Below the pieces are notes generated by a model. The model was not told the origin of the DNA and ran no database searches. It worked only from the letters and a program-made list of their open reading frames with translations. The position numbers were made by a program, and so were the translations under genes. Of a stretch of 64,000 nucleotides of DNA, positions 30,211 through 40,228 are shown one piece after another. The stretch is taken from positions 1-64,000 of IMG/VR virus record IMGVR_UViG_3300035034_002799. One strand, written 5' to 3'. This DNA comes from a virus. Every line of letters begins with the position of its first letter. The stretch's first letter is position 1.

Positions 30211-30218
30211 TATAAATA
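30211..30218 (+). promoter_or_regulatory. T4-type late promoter TATAAATA
   Basis: Exact motif 22 nt upstream of 30241. Confidence 0.7.
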
Positions 30219-30240
30219 AAAGTTAATAGGTAGGTTAATT

Positions 30241-30444
30241 ATGAGTGACACATTAGAAACATTGGCAGAATACTCCAAAAACAAAAATGGTTTGATAATA
30301 GGACCATCTTCAAATGTTTTACAAGACGTTCGAGGAATTGATGTTGATGGATATGACGTAATTGTTAGATTGGACGGTCATTATAATAGGAAAGATAAAA
30401 GGCTTGTACCACTAGGTATATTTAGGAATTTATTAAATGACTAA
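30241..30444 (+). pseudogene. Truncated GT29-like paralog (N-terminal 67 aa only)
   Basis: LIIGPS..DGYDVIVRLDGH mirrors VIGPS..DDYDYVIRLNDH of the 28937 gene, then the ORF ends. Confidence 0.6.
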
Positions 30445-31188
30445 AAAATGTATTATAATGGGAAATGGTCCATCGCTTAATAATGTAAATATAGATGATT
30501 TACGTGGTGTTGATACATTCTCTTTTAATAGAGCTTATATAGCATATAAAGAATGGGATTTTTATCCTACATATTTTGCATGTATTGATTGTAGAACTTT
30601 TAGAACTATATATGACGACTTGAAAAATCTTATTGATTCTGATAACCCCATTAAGAAATATTTTACGGCTCCGTGGGGTAATATGATTAATGGGATCGAA
30701 CAAAAAAATAAAATCGTTCAGACTGATTATACAAATGTCAATGCGATAGAAGACTCATCTTTATGTTTTGGTCAGTACAGTGACTTGAGTTTTCCTAATT
30801 TATTCAAAGGTACATGTCCGTTAGATAATGTTAGTATATGGGCGGTTCAGTTTGCCTACTTAATGGGTTACACTCATGTTGGTATGGTTGGGGTTGATTG
30901 TCGTTATGTTCCTAGATCAGATGTTAGGCAAATTGAAGGGGGGGGGATTGTGAATTTACTTCTGATGAAGACCCAAATCATTTTAGATCAGATTATTTTG
31001 GTAAAGGGTCGATAACAACTCACCATCATTTGAATAATGGTGTGGCTGGTAATAATTTAGGTGTGTGGGAAAAGTTGAAAGCTAGTTATGTTAAACAAAA
31101 TGAATTTAAACTATATTCTTGCACTGAAGGCTCCAGAGTAAATAGGATTTTTAATTATCTACCACTTAAAAAATTATTGGAGTTATAA
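30437..31188 (+). pseudogene. Maf/DUF115-like (sialyltransferase-fold) transferase, frameshifted at a G9 tract (30938-30946)
   Basis: IMGNGPSL, FNRAY, GVDC; the alternative frame after the tract continues DPNHFRSDYFGKG...SCTEGSRVN to TAA at 31188. Confidence 0.75.
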
Positions 31189-31847
31189 ATAATTAACTTC
31201 AATATATTTAGTTAGGGCTTTTATGCATTCATCAGTAGGGTGCCATGCCAAATCTTTAAACATTTTTCCATTATATGACTTAGCAAAATCTTCTAAGTCA
31301 ACTGAATTATGAAAAATACTATGAAGCTCTGGGTAGCTTATGTGATTTCCGTAAATATTCTTAGTTGGTTCTTTATCACCTTCTCCTCCCCACCAAGCTC
31401 CAAAATGACACAAAATATGAATTTCACTTGGGGGAATCTTTGATAATATCTTAACCATTTTACGAAGAACCTATTCTGAATATCGGTAACTATTTCATTT
31501 TTCAACAACTTATTGTCTATATACCATTTATCTGGGTTATTTAAAGATTTTAAATATAAAGAATGATTCATTTTTTTAGAGTAAAAATCATTATCTTCAA
31601 GCTTAAGATTGTCTTCCATCCAGTGGTTTATAGTATTAAAGGCTAATGATCTAAAAGGTAAAACAAAAACATGATCGCATTTTTTGCTTGCGTTTATTGT
31701 AGCATCTATCATTTTTTCGTGAAATATAGGCATTGATGTTGCCCCAAAAAAAGAGTTATAATTCCATCCAGTGGGTGAGAATAATGATTTTGGTAATTTT
31801 TGCATCCATGCAACATGCGAGCAACCGACGAATGATTTTACTGACAT
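31183..31847 (-). pseudogene. SGNH-hydrolase-like gene split by a 1-nt frameshift near 31410-31435
   Basis: First ORF starts VGCSH; the second, overlapping ORF ends DLAWHPT; one added base joins them. Confidence 0.5.
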
Positions 31848-31893
31848 ACAAACGATCCTTATGTTATAATTATATCAGAAAGAGTGTTAAAAT

Positions 31894-33957
31894 ATGAAAA
31901 AAGCATTAATCACGGGGATCACAGGACAAGACGGTAGTTACTTAACGGAACTGTTACTGGATAAAGGATATGAAGTACATGGAATAGTCCGTAGGTCTTC
32001 GTCTTTCAATACAGGTAGGATTGATCATTTAGTATCTGATCCTAAATTGTTTAATAAAACGTTACATCTTCATTTTGGTGACCTAACAGACTCAACTAAT
32101 ATTGACGAATTAATACGAACTATAAAGCCAGATGAAATTTATAATTTGGGCGCTCAATCTCATGTCAAAGTATCCTTCGAAGTTCCAGAATATACGGCAG
32201 ATGCTAATGCTATGGGACCACTAAGAATTTTAGAAGCTATGAAGAAGCATTGCCCTAATTCTAAGTATTACCAAGCTTCAACCAGTGAGATGTACGGTGG
32301 CGTAACAGAAGAGATGCCTGAAAAGGGATATAATGAAAACTCTCCCTTCCATCCCAGATCACCATATGGTGTAGCAAAGCTCTATGGACATTGGATTGCT
32401 CGTAATTACCGAGAGTCTTATAATATGTTTATAGTTTCGTCTTGCCTGTTTAATCATGAATGTTTCGATTCCAATACCCCGATAACTATAAAGAACGGCG
32501 AAACAATAGATGTCGTTTATATGAGAGACTTCTTACCAGAAAGAAAAGATATATCTAAAGATAATAATATTCTAATCGGAGATTTTTCTAATGAAAATAT
32601 AGAAGTATGGAATGGTAGCGGATATACTAAATTAAAAACTATAACTAGGCGCAAAATAAAAACCTTAGATACTGAAAATAGAAACAAAGTGGTCTCTAAT
32701 ACTAGAAATGGCTCAGTAGTTACTACACCCCATCACAATTTTCTAATAGGTCAGAAAAAAATACCACAGAGACAACTCAACTTACATGATGAATTAGATC
32801 ATGGGGGGTTACCGAAACTAGGTAATCATATTAAAATCACTGAGGCGGAAGCTAAATTTTTAGGAATGTTAGTAGGAGACGGTCATATATGTTCATCTGG
32901 TCATGTTCGTTTGGCGAACCTAGATCACGGTGAAACCTTTAAAGATTTATGCCGATTTCTATTTCCAGTCTTCAATATCAGAGAAGCTAACTACGCATCT
33001 GGGTATGGTGACAATACTAGACATCATAACGTGTCAGGTATTAGCAGTCATTTAGGTAAATTTTATAGGTCAGAAATATACGACGAACGCACAAAACATA
33101 AAAAAGTACCAAAGCGTATATTAAATTCTTCTTTGGAAGTAAAAACAAAATTCTTGGAGGGATATTATCTTTGTGATGGGTTAAAAAAAGACAAATGTAC
33201 ATATAAATTTAAGTCTTTTAAATCCAACTCACCACTATTATGTCAGGGTCTTATTTTACTTATGAATGAGGTAGTTGAAGGTTTCAAATTTAATATTAAT
33301 ACTTTTGAACAAAACAGTAGATTGTATAATCAAGTAAACATACATAGTGATAAAAAAGGAGATAAAGGACTACATTTGATAAAAAATAATAAAGAACTTA
33401 AAAAAGAGATCATATTAGATGAGTCTAATTGTTTTGTATATGACATAGAAACTGAATGTGGTTACTTACAAGCTGGGGTAGGTTCTATGGTGTTGGCTAA
33501 CTCACCACGTAGAGGTGATACATTCGTAACCAAAAAGATTACAAACTGGTGTAAAAAATGGAAAATGAACCCCAATGAAACTGAGCCGCTTGAATTGGGT
33601 AATTTATACGCTTATCGTGATTGGGGTCACGCTAAGGACTTTATGAATTGTGTGTATTTAATGATGCAACAAGAAACTCCAGAAGACTTCGTAATAGCTA
33701 CTGGTGAAACATACACCGTTAAGGATTTCGTTGAAGAGTGCTTTAATCAATTGGGAGAATCAATAACTTGGAAAGGTGAAGGTATTAATGAAGTAGGACT
33801 GGTAAATAATAAAACAGTAGTAAAAATCAATCCTAAATACTTCCGTCCTGCTGAGGTGGATATTTTGTTGGGTGATTCATCAAAGGCTCGTAAGAAGCTT
33901 GGATGGACCCCTGAGTATAATTTTAAAACGCTTGTTAAAGATATGTTGGATAACTAA
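31894..33957 (+). CDS. gmd: GDP-mannose 4,6-dehydratase with an intein
   Basis: [39 protein letters not shown]|intein|SPRRG, RDWGHA, FRPAEVD. Confidence 0.95.
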   Translation: MKKALITGITGQDGSYLTELLLDKGYEVHGIVRRSSSFNTGRIDHLVSDPKLFNKTLHLHFGDLTDSTNIDELIRTIKPDEIYNLGAQSHVKVSFEVPEYTADANAMGPLRILEAMKKHCPNSKYYQASTSEMYGGVTEEMPEKGYNENSPFHPRSPYGVAKLYGHWIARNYRESYNMFIVSSCLFNHECFDSNTPITIKNGETIDVVYMRDFLPERKDISKDNNILIGDFSNENIEVWNGSGYTKLKTITRRKIKTLDTENRNKVVSNTRNGSVVTTPHHNFLIGQKKIPQRQLNLHDELDHGGLPKLGNHIKITEAEAKFLGMLVGDGHICSSGHVRLANLDHGETFKDLCRFLFPVFNIREANYASGYGDNTRHHNVSGISSHLGKFYRSEIYDERTKHKKVPKRILNSSLEVKTKFLEGYYLCDGLKKDKCTYKFKSFKSNSPLLCQGLILLMNEVVEGFKFNINTFEQNSRLYNQVNIHSDKKGDKGLHLIKNNKELKKEIILDESNCFVYDIETECGYLQAGVGSMVLANSPRRGDTFVTKKITNWCKKWKMNPNETEPLELGNLYAYRDWGHAKDFMNCVYLMMQQETPEDFVIATGETYTVKDFVEECFNQLGESITWKGEGINEVGLVNNKTVVKINPKYFRPAEVDILLGDSSKARKKLGWTPEYNFKTLVKDMLDN
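32461..33501 (+). mobile_element. LAGLIDADG intein in Gmd (347 aa)
   Basis: Starts CFDSNT; block B TPHH; LGMLVGDG and [10 protein letters not shown]; VYDIET; ends VLAN before Ser; removing it restores NHESPRRG. Confidence 0.92.
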
Positions 33958-34535
33958 TGACTGAACACGAAAGATGGCTTAAAGATAACGGTGAAGAAAA
34001 GCGTTTAACATACCCATTAAACACCAAAAGTCTTTACGTGGATTTTGGTGCTTATGACGGTAAATTCGCTAGAAAGATTTATGATAAATTCAAATGTCAG
34101 ATAATTGCTTATGAGCCTATTCCTAAATTTTTGGATTTATGTGAGAAAAACTTAGAAGGTACAGATGCTACTGTTTTGCCTTATGGTGTTGGTAAAGAAA
34201 ATATCCAATTATATGTAGAAGATACTAATGATGCCACCCATCTTTTTTCTAAAGGTAATATTAAAATTGAAGTTAGAGATGTTTATAATCTTATAGGTAA
34301 AGATGATATAGACCTTCTAAAAATTAATATCGAAGGTGCTGAATATGATGTCTTAGAGAGAATGATCGAAACTGATTTATTAAAAAACGTTCGTTATCTT
34401 CAAGTTCAGTTTCATAAATTTCCTCATGTTGAACGACCAGTGGAAAGAAGACAAAAGATTTGGGAAGAACTTCAAAAAACTCATAAATGTCAATGGTCTT
34501 ATGATTTTGTTTGGGAGAGTTGGGAGAGAAAATGA
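33957..34535 (+). CDS. FkbM family methyltransferase
   Basis: VDFGAYDG, YEP, LLKINIEGAEY, QVQFH. Confidence 0.88.
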   Translation: MTEHERWLKDNGEEKRLTYPLNTKSLYVDFGAYDGKFARKIYDKFKCQIIAYEPIPKFLDLCEKNLEGTDATVLPYGVGKENIQLYVEDTNDATHLFSKGNIKIEVRDVYNLIGKDDIDLLKINIEGAEYDVLERMIETDLLKNVRYLQVQFHKFPHVERPVERRQKIWEELQKTHKCQWSYDFVWESWERK

Positions 34536-35458
34536 ATAAAGGCGATGTTATTTATGTAACTGGTTCTACTGGTCTGGTAGGTAGTGCTATTATGAGAAAA
34601 CTAAAAGAAGAAGGATTTACTCAAGTTTATGGAGCTTCAAGAGCTAATGGTTGTGATTTGGGAGATGTTAACTATGTAAAAGACATTCTATGGCATGTAC
34701 GTCCAAAATACATATTCCATTGTGCGTCTATGGTTGGTGGAATTGGTAAAAACATTAAATACCCCGCCGACTTTGGTTTAACTAATTCCCGAATAAACAA
34801 TAATGTTATTGAATGGGCTAGGGTTGTTAATGCTAAACTGTTATTTCTAGGTTCTTCTTGTATCTACCCCAGAGAATGCCCACAACCAATGAAAGAAGAA
34901 TATCTTATGACTGGTCCATGTGAACCAACCAATGAGATGTATGCTCTATCTAAGATTTATGGCATTAAAATGTGTCAGGCGTATCGTAAACAATACGGTA
35001 ATAATTTTATTACTTGTCAGCCTGCTAATATATATGGGGTAGGGGATCACTTCGATCCTGAAAACGCTCATGTTGTGGGTTCTCTTATTAGTAAATTTCA
35101 CAAAGCAAAGATCGAGAAGACACCTGTTGAACTTTGGGGTGATGGTTCAGCAATGAGAGAATTATTATATGTTGATGATGTTGCTGATGCTTGTTTGTTT
35201 CTTATGAACAATTATGACGGGGAAGAATTAATCAATGTTGGAACTGGTATTGATATTACTATAAAAGAATTAGCAAATATGATCAAGAAGGTTGTCGGGT
35301 ATGATGGGCACATTCAATGGGATGTTCTAAAGCCTAATGGAATGCCCCGCAAAGTTCTAGATGTAGCAAAAATTCATTCAATGGGATGGGAACATAAATT
35401 TGACCTTGACAAAGGAATAGAAAAGACTTATAATTGGTATTTGGGGAATATAATATGA
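34532..35458 (+). CDS. fcl: GDP-L-fucose synthase / ColC-like epimerase-reductase
   Basis: GSTGLVG, VGGI, LGSSCIYP, YALSK, WGDGSAMRE. Confidence 0.9.
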   Translation: MNKGDVIYVTGSTGLVGSAIMRKLKEEGFTQVYGASRANGCDLGDVNYVKDILWHVRPKYIFHCASMVGGIGKNIKYPADFGLTNSRINNNVIEWARVVNAKLLFLGSSCIYPRECPQPMKEEYLMTGPCEPTNEMYALSKIYGIKMCQAYRKQYGNNFITCQPANIYGVGDHFDPENAHVVGSLISKFHKAKIEKTPVELWGDGSAMRELLYVDDVADACLFLMNNYDGEELINVGTGIDITIKELANMIKKVVGYDGHIQWDVLKPNGMPRKVLDVAKIHSMGWEHKFDLDKGIEKTYNWYLGNII

Positions 35459-36288
35459 TTAACGTTATTATGTATAGTTTTGACCGAGCTTGTCAGTTAG
35501 ATTTAGCGTTAAGGTCAATAAAAGATCACTTTGCGGAATGGCAAAGTTGTACATGGACTATTATTGTAAAGTGTAGTAACGATGAATATTCAAAAGGATA
35601 TTCAAGAGTTAGACAACTTCATCCTGAAAGGCAATTTGAATTTGTTCATGAGATTAATTTTAGAGATGATACCCGCCGAGCTTTTAATAAACCGAATAAA
35701 CCCTATACTACATGGATGATGGACGATGATGCGTTTATTAGACCGTTCTCATTACAGGATCAACAATTTAAGGATTTCGCAAATAATCAAGAGATCACTA
35801 CTTTAAGTTGTAGACTAGCACCATATATGAACGAATGTTACACACAATCAAGAAAAGCATTAGTTCCTGATCTTACCGAAAATTTAACATGGAACTGGCG
35901 TAATTCATCCAAATTAGATTTGTTTCATGGATACCCTACTGATTGGGGGTATCCTATGTCAATTGCTAGTTTCCATATTTTTAGAACATATCAAATAGCA
36001 AGTACTGTTAATAAAGTAATATTTAAAGCACCTAATTCTCTTGAAGGTCAGTTAGCTCTTAATCCTCCTGCTGGTGACTATATGATGTGTTACCCAAGAG
36101 CTTTAAATATCAACATTCCTATTAATAAAGCCCAAACTGAAAATGGTAATCGTTTTGGTAATAAATCTCATCTTCAACAAGATGTCCTCAACCGAGAATT
36201 TATAGTAGGAAAAAGATTATCTACTGATAAAGTATATGGAGCAGTCACACCTAGCCCTCATTATGAATTAGATTTGGAGTTTGAATGA
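35455..36288 (+). CDS. GT-A fold glycosyltransferase
   Basis: SFDRACQL start, MDDD (DxD), WGYPMS motif seen in phage GT2-like proteins. Confidence 0.65.
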   Translation: MINVIMYSFDRACQLDLALRSIKDHFAEWQSCTWTIIVKCSNDEYSKGYSRVRQLHPERQFEFVHEINFRDDTRRAFNKPNKPYTTWMMDDDAFIRPFSLQDQQFKDFANNQEITTLSCRLAPYMNECYTQSRKALVPDLTENLTWNWRNSSKLDLFHGYPTDWGYPMSIASFHIFRTYQIASTVNKVIFKAPNSLEGQLALNPPAGDYMMCYPRALNINIPINKAQTENGNRFGNKSHLQQDVLNREFIVGKRLSTDKVYGAVTPSPHYELDLEFE

Positions 36289-37448
36289 AATACCCACTTG
36301 CAACTGAAACATGGACAGACATCGAAAAAAAGGTAGCTAAAGATGTCATTGATAGTGGCATGTGTACTATGGGTAATATAACAAAAGAATTTGAGGCTAA
36401 ATTTGCTGAATTTTTCGGAAGCAAATATGCAGTATTTAGTAACTCTGGTTCTTCAGCTAACCTATTGGCAGTAGCTGCATTAGTTCATAAATATAATTTA
36501 CAACGAGGAGATGAAGTCATTGTCCCTGCGGTATCTTGGAGTACTACATATTATCCATTACAACAGTATGGTTTGAAATTAGTTTTTGTAGACGTAAACG
36601 AAAACGATTTTAATATTGACATTGACGAAGTAACAAAAGCATTAACACACAAAACGAGATTAATTGTTGCAGTTAATCTTCTTGGTATGTCATGTAATTT
36701 TGGTGCGCTTGAGCATATTTGTAAATCTAAAAACATTATCCTTATGGAAGATAATTGTGAGTCAATGGGTGCTACATATGAAGATAAGTATTGTGGTGCG
36801 ATTGGTGAAATAGGAACTTTTAGTACTTTTTTCTCACATCATATATGTACTGTCGAAGGTGGTGTTACAGTAACTAATGATGAGGAACTTTATCATTTAA
36901 TGCTTTCAATTCGTTCTCATGGATGGACTCGACATCTACCAGACAATAATCATATTGAAAATAAAACGGGTGATTCTTTTTATGATTCTTACCGTTTTGT
37001 GTTGCCTGGGTATAATCTTAGAAATAATGACATTTTTGCTGCTATAGGTTTAGAACAACTTAAGAAATTACCTGAATTAGTTTCTAAAAGAATAGAAAAT
37101 TGGGATTATATGGTTTGTTCACTACAATATATCAACGTTAGTAATTTAAAACTTCAATGGACCAATGACGACCGCAGTAGTTCGTCTTGGTTTGGTTTCG
37201 GTTTCATTTATGATGGGGATAGAGACTCTTTAGTTAAAACCCTCACTGAAGAAGGTATTGATACCCGTCCTATCGTAGCTGGTAACTTTTGCAAAAACCC
37301 TGTGATTCAATATATGAATCACAGGATTGTAGGTGACTTACCTATTGCTAATTTAATTGATAAACAAGGTTTCTTTGTTGGTAATAACGGAAGTTCCTTG
37401 AGTTCTCAAATTGATCATTTTATTAATATTATTTCGAAAAATGCTTGA
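36285..37448 (+). CDS. colD: ColD-like GDP-4-keto-6-deoxymannose 3-dehydratase (DegT/DnrJ family)
   Basis: YPLA..TW N-terminus, NSGSSANLL, EDNCES, and STFFSHHICTVEGG with His in place of the PLP-binding Lys. Confidence 0.8.
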   Translation: MKYPLATETWTDIEKKVAKDVIDSGMCTMGNITKEFEAKFAEFFGSKYAVFSNSGSSANLLAVAALVHKYNLQRGDEVIVPAVSWSTTYYPLQQYGLKLVFVDVNENDFNIDIDEVTKALTHKTRLIVAVNLLGMSCNFGALEHICKSKNIILMEDNCESMGATYEDKYCGAIGEIGTFSTFFSHHICTVEGGVTVTNDEELYHLMLSIRSHGWTRHLPDNNHIENKTGDSFYDSYRFVLPGYNLRNNDIFAAIGLEQLKKLPELVSKRIENWDYMVCSLQYINVSNLKLQWTNDDRSSSSWFGFGFIYDGDRDSLVKTLTEEGIDTRPIVAGNFCKNPVIQYMNHRIVGDLPIANLIDKQGFFVGNNGSSLSSQIDHFINIISKNA

Positions 37449-38307
37449 TTATAAACTCAGCAAAGTTAGCTTCGCCAAGTAACTTATCTTGTGCTACTTT
37501 TGTAGACTTGTTATTTACGAACTGGTCGGTATTATAGTAAGCATTTTTTATTGTATTAAATATATCATTTACGTCATCACTAAGCTTATAGTGAGTCTCT
37601 TCTCCAAAAACATGATGACAGTGGTTAGCTCCCCAATATAAAGGAACACAATCACATATGATAGGATCAACAAATTTCTCAGTTATCCAATAAGGCATTC
37701 TTTTATTTTCAATAGCGATATTCATTTTATAATCTCTAAAGGCTAAAGTCTTATCTGCTATTTCTCCTTTAACTCTTCCGTCTAGTGGATAAAGTTCACG
37801 ACTACCTCTCCCATAAACATGAATATCCATATCGCTTGCTAAAATCTTTTTGATCAAACCATGGCGAAGATTGTGACCAGGTAAGAATTTCTTATTAGAT
37901 GCAATAATACTCATTTTCTGCGGTTTTTCTGGATTAGTATATCCAGAAAAATCTTTTACTAAAGGGATGTTTGGTAAGAATGTATACCATTCTTTTATAT
38001 TAGGACCGTTCATATAACGAAGATCGTAAACAAAATAGGTTCCTACATGTTTATCAACCCACTCTCTATATTTGTTCATATCAATAAGTTCATATACTTC
38101 TTGATGAAAACCCACCACGTTTTCTTTAGGTACTTTAAGTTGTGGGAGTTTACCATGATTGAAAATACACGCATGGGTATAGCTTTCATCATCAACAACC
38201 GTAATATTTTTGTAAGTAGTATTACCTAATCCCCAAGATTTAAATGCACCTTTAGCTACAGTAGGAGTGGTATAATCTGAAAATATTTTAAGCCTTATTT
38301 CTTGCAT
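37429..38307 (-). CDS. GT10 (alpha-1,3/4-fucosyltransferase-like) glycosyltransferase
   Basis: YKMNIAIEN..YWITEKFVDPIICDCVPLYWGA motif. Confidence 0.82.
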   Translation of the reverse strand: MQEIRLKIFSDYTTPTVAKGAFKSWGLGNTTYKNITVVDDESYTHACIFNHGKLPQLKVPKENVVGFHQEVYELIDMNKYREWVDKHVGTYFVYDLRYMNGPNIKEWYTFLPNIPLVKDFSGYTNPEKPQKMSIIASNKKFLPGHNLRHGLIKKILASDMDIHVYGRGSRELYPLDGRVKGEIADKTLAFRDYKMNIAIENKRMPYWITEKFVDPIICDCVPLYWGANHCHHVFGEETHYKLSDDVNDIFNTIKNAYYNTDQFVNNKSTKVAQDKLLGEANFAEFIIKHFSK

Positions 38308-39439
38308 TGGTATGTTCCCATGTTTTAATGTATTCTTTTAGTTCGGTAATTGTCATTTTTAAAACTTTTTCATGTTCTCTTATATTATTCCTATAAAGAG
38401 GATTTGAATATGTACTATTTTGAGTTATCATATGATCTACATGATAAAGATAACCTTCTAATGAATCAACTTTATAACCTAGTTTTTTAACTCTATGTAA
38501 TCTTTCCTGGTCTTCTGGACCCCATGAAATCATGTTTTCATTTTCCATCCCAGCTTCAATAAATTTTTCTCTATTCATAAAGAAACATCCACCAGGAGGA
38601 ATTCCTTGGTGAATAATCCCAGTTAACGAATCTACAATATCAAGATTGAGAGTTTCTCTTATTATTCTAAAGTCTTTCTTAAATATGTGTTTGAGAGGTT
38701 TATTAAAAGGATAACAAAAATCAAGTTTACCTGAACGAATAGCTTCAGCCGCCGCGACATATTTATCTGGTTGCATAAGAACGTCAGAATCGTAACTAAC
38801 AATAATAGGAGTAGTTACTAATTCAGCCATCTTATTAAGTATTCTTGTTTTATAAAAGTAGTCGGTTTTGTTTTCAATGAAAAGACAGCGAACATAAGAG
38901 TTCCATTCTGGTTTCCAAAAATCCTTAATGTTTATTTTCTTACCGCTTTCACATATAATAATATTAGTATTAAAATATTTACCTAAGTAGTCAATAATTA
39001 AAGTTAGATTGTTTTTTCTGTCTTGTGATTCTATACCAACAGGTATAGTAAAAGTTACGTCAGATAGATCAATTTTCCCACTATTTTCCATTTTTTTATT
39101 TCCTTTTAATACTTTATATTCTATAGTATTTGTTTCAGCTTTTTCTTTTTCTATTACTTGTTTTTCAGTTTCGACGTCTTCTACATATACTTCTATGGGC
39201 GTTTCGTCTTTTATTATGACATCTTCAATATTCACTTCTGTAGGTAGAGATAATTTTCTTAAACTATTACGAACTTCTATATTAGGTACCGTTGTATCTT
39301 CATCTGATAATTTTAGTAAACCCTTATAACTAGAAAAGAATTCAGGACCATTAATAGTTTGCTGGGGAGCGACTACTATTCTTCGACCGTGATGTAATAT
39401 TCTAATTTTACGGCGTGATGTGTTTTTAAATTCTGCCAT
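38288..39439 (-). CDS. GT2/GT7-like galactosyltransferase-related protein with an N-terminal extension
   Basis: YDSD (DxD), GGCFF, GMENENMISWGPED, YHVDH. Confidence 0.8.
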   Translation of the reverse strand: MAEFKNTSRRKIRILHHGRRIVVAPQQTINGPEFFSSYKGLLKLSDEDTTVPNIEVRNSLRKLSLPTEVNIEDVIIKDETPIEVYVEDVETEKQVIEKEKAETNTIEYKVLKGNKKMENSGKIDLSDVTFTIPVGIESQDRKNNLTLIIDYLGKYFNTNIIICESGKKINIKDFWKPEWNSYVRCLFIENKTDYFYKTRILNKMAELVTTPIIVSYDSDVLMQPDKYVAAAEAIRSGKLDFCYPFNKPLKHIFKKDFRIIRETLNLDIVDSLTGIIHQGIPPGGCFFMNREKFIEAGMENENMISWGPEDQERLHRVKKLGYKVDSLEGYLYHVDHMITQNSTYSNPLYRNNIREHEKVLKMTITELKEYIKTWEHTNARNKA

Positions 39440-39451
39440 TATTACTCCGTT

Positions 39452-40228
39452 TTAGTCCTTGAGCCACTTCCAAGATTTAATGTATTCATTTAGTAAATTC
39501 TTGTTCATTTGACTAACCTTAACCCATTCCTTTTCGTTCTTTTTATAAAAAGGATGTGAATTAGTAGCACTGTTAGGACTTGATCCGTGACTCATATGAA
39601 AAAGTGGACCTTTAAGTCGATTAACATTCAGCCCCATAGTTCTTGCTCTATAGTCTCTTTCAGTATCTTCAAACCCCCAAGATACAAAGTTTTCATTTTC
39701 CATACCAACACTAATGAATTTTTCTTTTGACCAGAAAATAGCACCACCAACCGAATCTGCTTTAGGTCGAAGGTTTCTACATACAGTTTCTGGAACATCT
39801 AGAGTTAAACTATTTCCTAATTTATGAACATGTGTTGCTGGTACATCCAGAAAGTTACCATTATATGGAAAAATTAAATCACTAAAACCGTTGCGAATCA
39901 TTGTAGCTGCTTCGACATATTGTTCAGGTTGTAAAAGCACATCAGTATCATAGTTTACAATAATTGGCGTGGTTGCTAATTTTGCCATATAATTAAGCAT
40001 CATAGTACGATGAAACCATTGGCTTTGGGTTTTCATAAAAATATACTTATAATCTATACCTTCATCAATATGTTGTTTAGCTTTTGATTCGGTGTCCATT
40101 TCGCATATCATAATATTTGTTTTAAGATGTTTTTTCAAATAACGGGTCATAATATTTAGATTACGACCACGGTCTGGTTGGTCTATTTTTACTGGAATTG
40201 TAAAGGTAACGTCACTTAGGTCTAACAT
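39452..40228 (-). CDS. GT2/GT7-like galactosyltransferase-related protein (paralog of the 38288-39439 gene)
   Basis: LDLSDVTFTIPV, YDTD, GMENENFVSWGFED, FHMSH. Confidence 0.8.
   Translation of the reverse strand: MLDLSDVTFTIPVKIDQPDRGRNLNIMTRYLKKHLKTNIMICEMDTESKAKQHIDEGIDYKYIFMKTQSQWFHRTMMLNYMAKLATTPIIVNYDTDVLLQPEQYVEAATMIRNGFSDLIFPYNGNFLDVPATHVHKLGNSLTLDVPETVCRNLRPKADSVGGAIFWSKEKFISVGMENENFVSWGFEDTERDYRARTMGLNVNRLKGPLFHMSHGSSPNSATNSHPFYKKNEKEWVKVSQMNKNLLNEYIKSWKWLKD

Noticed and set aside
31184-31191. TATAAATA on the + strand as a late promoter
   Set aside because: It overlaps two convergent stop codons and has no sense gene nearby downstream; probably chance in AT-rich DNA.
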